From Mobula hypostoma (taxonomy: Eukaryota): DNA of 64,000 nucleotides. The translations under genes were made by a program, and so were the position numbers. A model generated the notes under the pieces. It saw only the letters and a program-made list of their open reading frames with translations. It ran no database searches and had not been told where the DNA came from. The first letter of the stretch is position 1; every line of letters starts with the position of its first letter. Below, piece by piece: positions 25,418 to 37,350 of this stretch. The stretch covers positions 68,076,001 through 68,140,000 of the forward strand of contig NC_086109.1 in the NCBI RefSeq assembly GCF_963921235.1, read 5' to 3'.

Positions 25418-26195
25418 AGCTTACTCAGGCTTACCCACATTGCTGCACTTTGAGCAAGCTCCCAGTTTTGCAGATCAACTAGATATCATTTCTCCCAGCT
25501 GATTTTCATCTCCATTGAACTGAAGCAAAAAATAAATGTTAATTTGTATTTAGGTGGGATCATAAAGGGTAGGAGTGTTCTCCTGGGCCCCTCACAAAAC
25601 TGATTTATTTGAATACCTATGTGATCAATATCCAGAATTACACTTCTAATCCCTCCCCATCTCAAACCTATCAATGTTTCTCAGCAATCCTACACCTGGC
25701 TCTGTTGCTGTAAGCTCAAGGCTGGCTCTGTGTAGAAGACAGACAGTGTCCTGCCCTTTCCGAAGTGGGAATTACCATGGTCCACTAGTCTTGCACAAGA
25801 ATATTGGTGGCTAGATAAGGTCTTAACCTCAAAATGGCTTGGGCTAGATGGGCAGTAATGTACTCCAAAATGCTGTTCTATCTATTGAACCCTAAAGTGT
25901 AGTAAAGCAACATGTGCTTTATGCTAATGATTATGATTCCCACAACCACAGAAAAATAAAACTATGACCTCTGGAATGCTTCCTTATCTGAAGCATAATT
26001 ACCTAAATGTGCCAACTGAGCAATTAAAACATTTATTTTTGAGTACTAAGGCCCATTGGCAATGGAGAGGCTTTAGTTGAGATGTTCAAGATCCTTGAAG
26101 GCAGCACCACAAGTAGATAAAGTGGTGAAGGTACATTGGAAACTTGTTTTCATTAACCAAGACTTAGAAGAATTAGAAAGGTTCCTAAAGGTTTT

Positions 26196-26332
26196 CGTAG
26201 CTGGGGAAGGTAGTGAGGATAAACGCTCCCAATGGCTTTTGCCTCAAATAGACCTGATAACCAAGTTCAACTCCTAGCCTTCACGTGTGGCTTAGCTACT
26301 AAGCCTGGTGGAACCATATCTACTGACAGGAG
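26196..26332 (+). ncRNA. Candidate HDV-like self-cleaving ribozyme (variant; probably decayed in this copy)
   Basis: P1 GTAGCTGG/TTAGCTAC; P2 CTCCT(A)/(C)AGGAG; P3 GCC/GGC; L3 TTCACGTGT; J1/4 AA; P4 TGGT-GGA-ACCA; J4/2 CTGA. Confidence 0.55.
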
Positions 26333-26722
26333 AAGGGGCAAAGGTGGGTTACCGGCACCTTAAAACCAATGACTTCAGGCAGATGGGACTCATCAGCTAT
26401 AGTTGGCAGCTCCTCCAGGAGAAGCAAAACTTTGATCTATAATCTCTGCTGCCTTGCAGCTATACCCACTCATGGAGAAGGCTTTGGGAGTAAACCCCGA
26501 AGAAAAATCCAGAGCTGGAATCTCTAAGGCAGTCCTATGTTGAGTTCAACACTCATTGGCAACTCCTTCGACACTGCTGGTGCCAAACTGTAGCAGTGTC
26601 TGCCATTCCTTTGGATTCATCATCTGTGTGGAGAGGGGGAGCCTACTGCATAGGCAACAGCTTGCTCTCCACATGGTACTGCTCTGGCTTGCATACCACC
26701 TAGACAGCTGGCACGTAACAAC
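26197..26722 (+). mobile_element. Non-coding RTE-like element (5' UTR-derived) beginning with an HDV-like fold
   Basis: RTE-leader-like motifs (ggcagctcctccaggagaagcaaaac, taaaccccga), aacaac end, no ORF. Confidence 0.6.
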
Positions 26723-27030
26723 TTTTGATTAATAATGGAGCTTAATATTTTCAGAACAGCATTGTAATGCGTTGTTTAAAATGTTTATGATTAACTGATT
26801 TCAATTTCATACTGCACAGTTTAAAAGGTGGAGTAAGACATGAAAAGTAATTATAAAATCTTTGTACTGAAAATAGCATCCTACGTGATTCATCAAATAA
26901 AACAATGTTTTTGAAAACCTGAAGTAATGATTAATTGATGATACACTGAAAAGATTTACGTAATAAAAGAGTCATTACTGTTCAGCAATACTTCTATCTA
27001 TCCTAAGTGGATCTGCGCACTAAAGTGTAG

Positions 27031-27038
27031 GAGAGAGA

Positions 27039-27075
<37 letters not shown>

Positions 27076-27096
27076 GGAGAGAGAGAATGAGAGAGA
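27031..27096. repeat. (GA)n microsatellite
   Basis: Interrupted GA run. Confidence 0.97.
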
Positions 27097-27499
27097 ATAT
27101 CTTTAATTTTAGTGGAATTAGTTTCCATGCAATGGTGGTGATTAGAATTGTAAATTGCCAATAGTGATCCCTGGGTTTGAATATTCAAAATCACCCCAAC
27201 ATTGCACTGTATTTGTCAATGTCAATATTTGCTCAAATTTGCAATCATTGGAATATACCCAAAATTAAAATGGGTAAAAATTAGCTTGAAGGATTGAGAA
27301 AAGGGGGTTGGGGCAAGTTTGAAACAGGGTTAGGGTGGTTCACATCTAGAATGAAGCACTAATACTTGAATTGTGCATAAAACTTACAGTTCCCTGTGGT
27401 GGTGTGACAATTGATGTATGACAATCAAGCAAAAGCACCACCCCTGGAACACACTCTCCTCATTGCAACCAGATGTCAGTATCAAATATGACGGCTGCC

Positions 27500-28521
27500 A
27501 AGGAGGAGAAAGAACCTGCAGGAATGCGGGAGAGACTCTTAGGTTTAGATGAAAGACATAAAATTCTTATAACTGAGATGCATGTCAGGAAGGAGGTCCT
27601 GTATACCAATGAGTCCATTGTCACCAAATGAAGAGTTAGGCAGGAGGTGGGTTGAATGGTCTCCCATAAGAACAAGAATCCCTGCACAATGAAGCAATGC
27701 GGTAACTAATTAATCTCATGAGAAATGTCAAAATAATACTTCTCTCTTCCTTATATACACATCTGTACATACGCACATACGTGCATATATGCACATACAC
27801 GTGTACTCCATTCACACTCTACACACCCCATTTTTTCCTACATCACATTCCCCCCACCCATTTAAGTCATGCCCTCAAATGTATAATCTATGCATTAAAA
27901 AATGTAAGGAGGTAGGTCACCTGCATGTCAGTGATGAAGGGAATGCTGTCTTTGAAGTTGGTTCCTCACTAATTGGACAAGATGAACCTTCTCCTCTTGC
28001 ATTAAGACATAAACCACCTCATAGCCAAATTAGGTTTTCCAGACATCAAGCATTCATCATGACTGCAACATCTTTTAGTTGATCCAGAGTAGACAACTTT
28101 ATTACTGCAGACGTTACTGCATTTTTGTATGGATTTTCAGGGCGAGTTTTATGTGCAACTATCTTCTGTTTTGTCTTTGCAGATTCCCTTATCATCTCAC
28201 CTAAATCCAGGAGGAGAAGGAGGGAAGAATGGAGGGAGGGAGGGAGAGATGGAAGGCAGATGTATACAGGAAAGGTGAGCATGTTGTTCGTCCTGCCTGG
28301 CCAAATAAAGGAGATGACAGAGAGTGTGGAACCAAGAGACCATGACCTTTCCCTGCTCTACAATACTGTTATCTGGAAAAGGTCCATGAGTCATACCCCA
28401 GGAACCACCTCTCAGTGAAGTCAGGCACTGATGATGAGATTTACTAAAGCTTCAGTACTCCAGCACAGCCTGCGGCTGTCTGAAGAGCGGAGTGTTTGAA
28501 GACCAAAATCTCAAACCTGGG
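27500..28521 (-). pseudogene. Relic Harbinger Myb/SANT-like gene with introns
   Basis: PRF-EILV...A*...EVVPGV...ITVL*SRER, intron 28346-28201 (GT, long pyrimidine tract, AG), then IRESAKTKQKIVAHKTR; fits the RxPRF...W.EVA...RT..QCRKR...K.AHNRR pattern. Multiple stops. Confidence 0.5.
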
Positions 28522-29061
28522 ACAAAATAGATAGTTACCAGCCAGCAGTGAATCCTACCTTCTTGTATGCTTCCGTCACCTGGGCCACTCACAGCAGTCA
28601 CCCCAAACCACAGGAGGGGTATTGCTTGTGTTGTTTCCATATGAACTTCAAATTCATTGGTAGGCAAAGTGAATCAATACCAGAGACCACACTAGACTAA
28701 TGTCTGCACCATTGAGCCACTTAGTTGGCTGCAATGGGAGGCCATTTTGTTTGTCCGCCTGACTCGCGATTCACTAGACAGACACCTTGTTCTGAACTCT
28801 GTCATGGGAAAAGATTTCCAGACAATAAGATTCAAAAATCTTCTTAAAGTTCCACAAAGAAGAGAAATATTCAACTTCAAAAAAGACAACCATTGAGGGA
28901 GTGCAAATCCTTTAAGTTGATCTAAAGTCTGGACAATTAATGGAGTTGCATATTTTTGAGCATTGCTGCTTGCATTGGACAATGTAATCCCAGTGCCCTC
29001 ACAAAAATCCAAAACAATGTGATTTTTCCTACTTGGGAATTGATATAGGTCTATTATTATT

Positions 29062-29252
29062 GAGAAAATCTGCAGATGCTGGAAATCCAAGCAAAACACA
29101 TAAAATGCTGGAGGAACTCAGCAGGCTAGCGAGCATCTATGGAAAAGAGTACAGTCGGCATTTTGGACTGAGACCCTTCAGCAGTCAACTGTACTCTTTT
29201 CTGTAGATGCTGCCTGGCCTGCTGACTTCCTCCAGTGTTTTGTGTGTGTTGC
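29062..29252. mobile_element. Penelope pLTR-derived hairpin (fold-back) element
   Basis: Arms gcaaaacacataaaatgctggaggaactcagcagg...gagtacagtcg / caactgtactc...cctgctgacttcctccagtgttttgtgtgtgttgc around a decayed hammerhead; homologous to the 50377-51137 arms. Confidence 0.85.
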
Positions 29253-29358
29253 CTAGGTTTGCTATTGACACATTGTCTAAGATATGGTTTTGCGTGCCTC
29301 CAGACAGATCACATACGTAAGTAAAATGAAGTGGTAAAAAAACAGAATGCAGAATGTA

Positions 29359-29886
29359 TACTCAGTGGCCACTTTATTAGGTACCTCTTGCTGTGTAGAT
29401 TATCCACTTCAAGGTTTGGCATGTTGTGTATTCAGAGATTCTCTTCTGCATGTCATTGTTGTAATGCATAGTTACTTGAGTTGCTGTCACGTTCCTATAG
29501 GCTTCAAGCAGTTTGACCATTCCCCTCTGACTTCTCAGGGTGTTTTCACCCACACAACTGTTACTCACTGGATTTTTTTTTGTTTTTGCACCATTCTCTT
29601 TAAAATCTGGAGGCTGTGGTGCATGAAAATCCCAGGAGATCAGCAATTTCTGAGACACTCAAACCACCCCATCTGGGACCAATAATCATTCCATGGTCAA
29701 AGTTACTTAAATAGCATTCAATAAAGTCACTAAGATGACATTTCTTCTCCTTTCTAATGTTTGGTCTGAATAACAACTGAACCACTTGACAACGCCTGCA
29801 TGCTTTTATGCATTGAGTTGCTGCCACAGGTCTGGCTGATTAGATTTCTGCATTAACAAGCAGGTGTACCTAAAGGCCACTGAGTG
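29359..29886 (-). mobile_element. Tc1-derived non-autonomous element
   Basis: TIRs tactcagtggccactttattaggtac / gtacctaaaggccactgagtg; TA TSD; minus strand encodes a Tc1 HTH remnant GMIIGPRWGGLSVSEIADLLGFSCTTASR. Confidence 0.9.
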
Positions 29887-30989
29887 TAATATTGTAACTT
29901 CAGTGAAGGTGTGTAGTGCAGCTAGAGAAGTAACATGCAAGGGCCATGATGAAATAGATTAAAAGATCAAGAGTACAGGAATTTATCTTCAACTCTGGAG
30001 TCTAATAATAGTGAGATAGAAGCTGTCCTTGAGTGAAGAGTCTGGATGACCTCTGTGATACAGTAGAGTGTTGAAAATTGAGAGAAATGGAATAGATCTG
30101 TTTCTGATAACTGGAATGATCCAAGGGCCAGGGAACTGAGAGTCAGCTTCAGCTTGTCGTCATGGAGACAGCCATTCATTTGTGGCTGATGGCTGTCCTT
30201 TCAGGATGTCACATATCTCTGTGACAGCAGTCTTTGAAGACAAAGCCAGTGAATATATTTTTGGTAAGTTAGATCTGGGTAGGATGTGGCATCTTTTGAT
30301 TACATGATAGGCTGTTCACAAATCAACATGTCTTCAGCTCCGAACCCAAGGTCCCAGATCCTGTGAGTGATCTGCCAAGCCTATTCTGAAGCCTCCAGTA
30401 ATGGGGTGCTGCCAGCATTGTCACACTGAGGCTCCCATTGAATGAGGATCTCAACATCTAAATGCTGTTAGTTATATCATTAAAACTATAGACTTTGTAT
30501 GGTGTTTGAGAAGCTTGTAATCACTTCTGAAGCTGTCCTCACATGTCAGGAGATCAGCAGCAGGGTCTCTTTAAGTAGCATGGAAAGCAAGAATGTAGCT
30601 CAATGAGCTCTGTGAGAGACTGTTCCATGAGATTTGTGTGCAGCTCTGAATTCCAATTTATGTTTATATATGTGGATTCATGTGGTGCATGACTTGATGT
30701 GAGAGGAATTGTTTTGTCTAAATTTGCAATTGATGCAAATTCACTTGAAGTTATTGTTAATTCAATTTACTTTAGATAAAATGACTTTGCCATGTGGTCC
30801 AACTTTCTAGCTTCATATATTTTATGGAAGAAAAATTATATCTTTATTTCATGTCTTTTCTTAAGACATAGCAGGCTGTTCATTATGGAATCTATGCTGG
30901 CTTTGAGAACAATTCATCACGTTGCCCCATTATTTCCCTGTAATTTATACCCCCTCCATACACCTCCAGTTACCCCCCCCCATCCCAAT

Positions 30990-31195
30990 CTCCTGCCACC
31001 CGCCTACACCAGGGTCAATTTACAGAATACTCAACTGTTCTGCCTTTGAAATGCAGAGGAAACCAGAGCACCCATAGAAGCCTACATGATCTAATAGAGA
31101 ACATGCAAACTCTACACAGGTACCACTGAGATCCAGATCAAACTTACATCACTGGAGCTGTGCGGCAGTGGTTTCATCCACCAGTGGGCCACCCC
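30990..31195 (-). mobile_element. Decayed V-SINE
   Basis: gaggaaaccagagcacccatagaagcc...gagaacatgcaaactctacacag is the reverse-complement V-domain. Confidence 0.7.
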
Positions 31196-31676
31196 ATTAA
31201 TCTCCCATCTCCGCAAAAAAAAAGGCATAAGATGTTTACAAACCTGCAAGTGAGTTTTTCAATTTTAAATTTCATTTAGTTATGCTATTATCATCCATCC
31301 AAGGAAATCAAAAGTGTCATTGAAGATATATCATTTTGAAAACTAACAAATCATGTTGGTAAAACATCATTGCCTGGAAGTGAAATATGAAGTGTTATTC
31401 ATTCGCGCTTTACGTGATTCAATTTCCATGAAAATTAAACATTAACAATAATAATGTACATTGATTGTATTAAAGTCGGCAATTGTTCTGGGGTCCTTGA
31501 TACATCGAACTGATAAAAGATCTTGGATATATACTTGGTTCAATGTTTTACTGGGTTCTGTTTCTGAGATTTGTTTAGAGTGTTCTTGTGGAATATCTCC
31601 ATGCACAACATAAGGAGGACCTTCCTGGGCAAGTCCTAGTCCAATACTCAAAGGTTCAAAAGGTTCCTCATCATCA

Positions 31677-32714
31677 TCAGGTGCCATGCCCAGTCTGAGC
31701 TTTGACTGCCATGGCCCACACACTCCTGTTTCGGGTCAAGTGGATCAATTCATTGGTATTCATTTCCAGTTCTCTGGCTGTTGTCTCCATCATCATTTGT
31801 CTTTGTCTTCCTCTTGCTTTCTTCCCTTCAATCTTTCCCATAATTACTGTGCATTCTAACTCCTCTTTCCTAATCACATGTCCAATGAAGTCACATTGCC
31901 TTTTCATGATCTCATACATTCTTACTCTTTTTGTGTTTGCTCTGTTCATGACATCCTCATTAGATATTCGTTTTGTACATGATATTCTTTGCATCCTCCT
32001 CAAAAACCACATTTCTACTGCTACAATTCGTTTCCTCATGTTACTAGATATTGTCCAACAATCTGAGCCATATAACATAACTGGATAAGCGTAACATTTC
32101 AGTACTCTGAGGCAGGTTGTCATGCCTAGTTTAGTGTTGGTCAGTATACTCTTCATTCGCGTAAAGGTGTCTTTTGCCATCCCTATTCTTCTTTTGATGT
32201 CCAAGTTGCACCTGCCATCTGATGTCACCCAGCTTCCTAAGTAGCGAAAGTTCTGTACTTGTTTTATGTCTTCCCCGTTTATTCTCAGCCTGCAGGTAGG
32301 ATTCTCCTTCTTTTTGGATATCACCATACATTCTGTCTTTTTGCTGATAGATAGACCCATTTTTGCACTTTCTTCAACAACTATATCAATTAAGTTTTGC
32401 AGTTCTTCCTCTGTACTTGCAATTAACACAGTGTCATCCGCATATCTGAAATTATTGATGTTTTCACTGCCAATTCTGATTCCCAAGATGTCTCTTAATT
32501 TTTGTAATATTGTTTCACTGTACACATTAAACAAATCAGGGGAGAAAACCCACCCCTGTCTAACGCCCCTCTTGATTTTTGTAAACTGACTCACTTCTCC
32601 ATCTATTCTTACAGAGGCAGTTTGTTCCCAGTACAGATTTCTGATTAGGCGGAGGTCTTTTGAATCTAGATCTAGAGTTTCCTGTAATATTTTGAATAAC
32701 TTATCGTGCTTCAC
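31677..32714 (-). pseudogene. RTE reverse transcriptase C-terminal ORF fragment
   Basis: KRGVRQG, FRYADDTVL, FRYLGS, GKIEGKKARGRQR. Confidence 0.92.
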
Positions 32715-34204
32715 TTTATCAAATGCTTTTGTGTAGTCGATAAAACAAACAATCTTTTTGCACTTGACTAGCTCGTTCTGATAGTATCCTTGACATCAAT
32801 ATCGCATTTCTAGTACCTTCGTCTTGCACAATACCACATTGTTCTTTATCTATTTCAGCTTGTATCTTACTTTTAGCTCTTGTCATCAAAATTCTTAGAA
32901 GTTTCTTAGTGATATGACTCATTAAACTTATGGTCCTATGTAATTCACATTCTATTGCTCCAGGTTTCTTAGGAAGAGTGATAAATACTGATTTTTCATC
33001 TCTTCTGGTATTATTCCAGTCTCATAAATGTCATTGATTAAATCAGTAAGTTTTTCAATTCCATAATCTTCAAGGGCGATAATTTATTCTATTACTAATT
33101 CATCAGGACCTGCTGCCTTTCCTTTCTTCATCTTATTTATTGCATCACAAACTTCAGATTTTAAAATACTTGGACCTTCAATTTTCTTCTTGATTTCTGG
33201 TTTTTCACCTGGATCATCTTTATACAATTCCTGAATATACTCAGTCCATCTGTTCATAATCTCATTTTTCTCCATGATAATGGTACCATCCTCTGCTTTC
33301 AAACATCCACCTGAAGAACAGAGGAGCTTTTTACCAGTGATATTCTTGATTTGTTGATGTAACCTTTTTGGATCAGTAATAGGGATTCTCTCGAATTGCT
33401 CACATTCCTGGTTTAACCATTCTTTTTTGGCTTTTTCACATAAGCTTTTAACTTTTTTATCTAAGGACTTATATTCTATAGGATTTATCTAATTCTATTA
33501 GATTTTTGATTTCATCTGTCATCCATTTATTCTTCGTGCTTTTTTCATTTTTTAGGAATCACTGACTTTGCTGATTCTACCAAGGCATTCTTTAGAGAGT
33601 TAAACTTCTTTTCTACATGATTGCTATCATCTTCAACAGATTCTATTTCTAGACTTTGAAATCTATTCCTTACTTCAATTGTAAATTTTTGTCTTAAGTA
33701 TTCTTCTTTAATTGATTGCAAGTAGTCAAGGAATTGTTCAGGTTTTTGCTTCTTTAGTTTTTTAAGTTTTACTTTTACCTGATATATTATGGGTTATGGT
33801 CACCATTACAGTCTGCACCTGGATATGTTTTGCATTGAGTAACTGAGTTTCTAAATCTTTGGTTTATAGTAATAAAGTCAATTTGATTTCTGGTGTTTTC
33901 ACCTGGACTTTTCCAGGTCCACAAGCGTCTTGGATGGTTTTTAAAGTAGGTATTCATAATGACCTGATTATTCATCTTGCACCATTCTACCCATTTCTCA
34001 CCTCTTTTATTTCCTTTCCCAGTCCAAATTTTTCTCTGGTATTTCCATCAGCACCTTGTCCTACTTTAGCATTTAGATCTCCCATAACAATAACAATATC
34101 TTGAGATTTGCATCCATTTTTTGCTTGTTCAAGCTCTTCATGGAATTTATCTATATCCTCATTTGTTCCATCTGTTGTTGGTGCATATACCTGTATAATT
34201 GCTA

Positions 34205-34833
34205 TACAGAAGACAGCGGTGCGACGCAGCGCGCGCGGCCGTTCCGAATGATATCGATATGTATTAGCTAGGGGGCTGTGCACAATCCTGATTTGATGGA
34301 GACAGCCGGGAGAAGCACGGAGGAACACCTGGAGAAACTTCTGAAATGCCTGCTTCGCTGCCGCTGCTACTGTGCGATTGAGAATCTCCGGAGGGGAAGG
34401 CCCCAAATCCTCGGCTTTGCCTAGTGCCTGTTGCTGGAGCCGGGGTCGAAGCGCTCAGCAGAGATGGTGCTCGGTGCTCGGTGTCGGAGAGCTGGACGGA
34501 GGCACGGAGTTTTCGGACGGACTCAGAGTCGGACTGTGGTCGGATGCTGCATCGGCAAGTTTGCGGTGCTGGAGGTTCACCATCTGCGTGAGATGATGGG
34601 GCTTTCGAGAGACTTTGAGACTTTTACCATGCCCATGGTCTGTTCTTATCAAATTACGGTATTGCTTGGCACTGTTGTAACTATATGTTATAATTATGTG
34701 GTTTTTGTCAGTTTTTAAATTGGTTTGTCTTGTGTTTTCGTGATATCATTCTGGAAAAACACTGTATCATTTCTTAATGCATACATTACTAAATGACAAT
34801 AAAAGAGGACTGTGTGTCCTCATAATCCAATCA
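34205..34833 (+). mobile_element. Retroposon family A copy inserted in the RTE endonuclease
   Basis: Splits FRGEPFD|AIIQVYAPT; the aatc tail merges with target aatc; no TSD. Confidence 0.9.
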
Positions 34834-35649
34834 AATGGTTCTCCTCTAAATCTAAAAAGGAGCACTCTTTCTGATATTGCCCAATGTCCTAAAACACTTT
34901 GACCATATTTTCATCCATAAGAATTCCTACTCCATTTGTATGGAATGTTCCACAAGAATAAATTAGTGTTTTATTTCTATTCTGACATGTTCGAGCACCT
35001 GTCCAATGAACTTCGCTAATTCCCTTGATGTTAATCTTTAGTCTTTCCATTTCATTTATCATATTGTCCAATCTTCCTGCTTGATATAGGGTTCTTACAT
35101 TCCAAGTGGCAATAATTTTCTTTTGTGTTATTTGAATTTTATAAGCAGTAGCTTGATGATGATTGGGGATCCCCTGCTGTCCAGAATCAACCCTACTGAA
35201 CGAAGCATCTTCAAAATTGTCTTGAAGATCCACTTGATGCTGTTGTTGTGCAATACATTTTGTGAGTTTGACCATGGTTTTCTTAGCAAATAGATTCTAG
35301 GAAACCTAGTATCTAGCAGCGGTGGTTTGCTATTGCCTTCCGTTAGGCGAACTAAAGAAATCACTATTTCTCTTCCCAAATGTTCATCCGCCTGTACTAT
35401 AGCTGTTGATATTTGAGGTCCTAGCTCATCCGCCTTCTCCATCATAAGTTCAGTTACTGAACCTTCCGGATCCGCCATTGGCCTTCGCTCGTATCCTGAG
35501 CAGGAACCCTTGTAGGTGCTACTGTTCCGGGTCAGAGCGGCCCTGGGAGCAATGAATGACTAAGGGGTACCTCCACTTTCCCCAAAGCTCTGAAAGTTCC
35601 CAATCAGAGCCTCATCACCAGTTGCAGTTTAGAGTCATACCCAGGACTA

Positions 35650-36749
35650 TCAAAAGGTTCAAAGGTTCATTTATTATCAAAGTATACAATTCTGAAATAA
35701 TTCTTCTCTGGGTAGCCATGAAACCAAGAAAGAAAAGAATAGTAGCAAGATCATCAAACCCCAAAATCCCCCCTACCTGCACAAAAATGAACAAAAATGG
35801 AACAGGCACATCAACCCCTCTCAATCCCTCCTCCCACACAAAAAAGCAAAATGGAGCAAGAACCCCGCCCCCCCAAATCCCTCCTCCTGCACCAAAAAAA
35901 TGAGGAAAATGGAACAGGTACATCAACCACCAAATTCCCCTCCCTGCACAAAAAAGATGAACAAGACAGAACAGGCACACCATCCCCTACGTTCCTCCTC
36001 CTGCATAAAAATACGGACAAATCGGAACCCGCAAATCCCTCTTCCTGCACAAAAAAAAAATCCAAGAAAAAGCAGGCAAAAAACATAGAATATAAAAACT
36101 ATAAGACTGAAAAAAAAGTCTGTAGTCCAAGTCCACATCCAAAACGCAGAAATGCTGGGCAACACTCTTTGGTCCCAGTAGCAGACCTTTCCCTCTCCAT
36201 AGCAGAGTGATCAAAAGACAGGCAGCCATCACCCTCCGCACTTGCTTTGATGCCTCAATTTCTCTCACTTTAATAGATGAACCTCGGAAGCTTTGATTGG
36301 TGAAAGGGGGTCGAGCAACAGCTTAAACTTCATCCCACAGGCTTCTCACTACGAGTCTCTCATACCTGTCTCTGTCTCTTGGAGACTGCGGAGCACTGAA
36401 GCACCCAAATGATTTTCAAGCTTCTGAATTTGCCTCAATGTTTCAATCTCCCTCGTCGCTTTAATCCACGAACAATGGAACATTTAATCAGCGAAATGGA
36501 GTCAAATATCAGCTTGCAACCTGCCTGCTATGAGGTTCCCACATGCTGCCTCTGCCTCCCAGAATCCTCTCCGAGACTGCAGAGAACTGGAACACACAAA
36601 TGATCTCCAAACAGCAAATCACACGCTCCAACAGTTCCAGAATCACATCCAAGATGAAAACAAAAGTAAAATACATAAAAAAAGTGAAACATATAGTTCC
36701 ATGATAAATCCAGGAGATGTGATCGAAGGAGTGTTGAACCATCTTGACC
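35650..36749 (-). mobile_element. Non-coding retroposon family B (host of the RTE insertion)
   Basis: Head GGTCAAGATGG (36739-36749); tail tactttgataataaat(GAACCTTT)n continuing at 31648-31666; internal degenerate ~55-60 bp repeats at 35750-36060. Confidence 0.7.
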
Positions 36750-36912
36750 AGATACTGGGAACCAGTTTAAGGTGGGTTCCCTTTAAATAATCTATTTAGT
36801 TTTGAGACGCATGCTAACTAACCATTCTCTCTAAACACCTACACATTTGAACCTCATCCACCCTGAACTCACAAGTTACTTAATCCTCCCTAGCTTCTAA
36901 CCCTCTGATCCA

Positions 36913-37350
36913 TTTTTCATTTTAAAAATCTTTTTATTGATACATAATCTTCTACAGCTTTAAAATGGTACAAGATTACAGCAAATTAACATATATACAG
37001 TTAATAAAGCTGAAGAAAAAACTTATCAAAAAAGAATAATATGATAATGAAAAAATATAAAAGAAGGAAAAAGAGAACCCCAACTACCGAAAGAGAAAAA
37101 AAAACCCAGTAACTACAAGAGAAAGAAAAGGAAAAAAAAAGAAGAAAAAAGAGAGTAGAAAAAACCATTAGGAACCAACTCCCGAAGCAATACGACTTGC
37201 ATTCATCTATATAAATAAAGAAGAAAAATCATCTACTGCCAATTCACATTTATATAAAATAAGATTGGAAGGAAACCATATAAATTAATTCAAATTAAAT
37301 GATAATATTTGGCAAAAGAGACCCATTTTCTCTCAAAATCGAATCGAGGA
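36913..37350 (-). mobile_element. L1-clade 3' fragment (ORF2 end + 3' UTR)
   Basis: FDFERKWVSFAKYYHLI*, T-rich UTR, AATAAA; TSD ctgatcca (36905-36912, 37351-37358). Confidence 0.8.

Larger units (their letters stand above)
28800..30320 (-). pseudogene. Relic PIF/Harbinger (HARBI1-like) transposase, split by younger insertions
   Basis: SYPDLTYQKYIHWLCL..KTAVTEICDIL and KLKLTLSSLALGSFQLSETDLFHFSQFSTLYCITEVIQTL (30030-30320); FP..LDFC..G, KGF-HSLN and SGN-SHD (28800-29050). Confidence 0.72.
31667..35649 (-). mobile_element. Full-length RTE-clade LINE (frameshifted single ORF) with 11-bp TSD
   Basis: TSD tcaaaaggttc (31656-31666, 35650-35660); (GAT)n tail; 5' UTR motif gaaggcaatagcaaaccac. EN: IATWNVRTL, QVYAPT, MGDLNAK, NQIDFI. 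RT: GVRQG, RYADD, YLGS. Confidence 0.93.

Noticed and set aside
28046-28200. Host-gene last exon (strong pyrimidine tract + AG, 51 codons)
   Set aside because: Better explained as part of the decayed Harbinger Myb-like gene; the neighbouring exon has stops.
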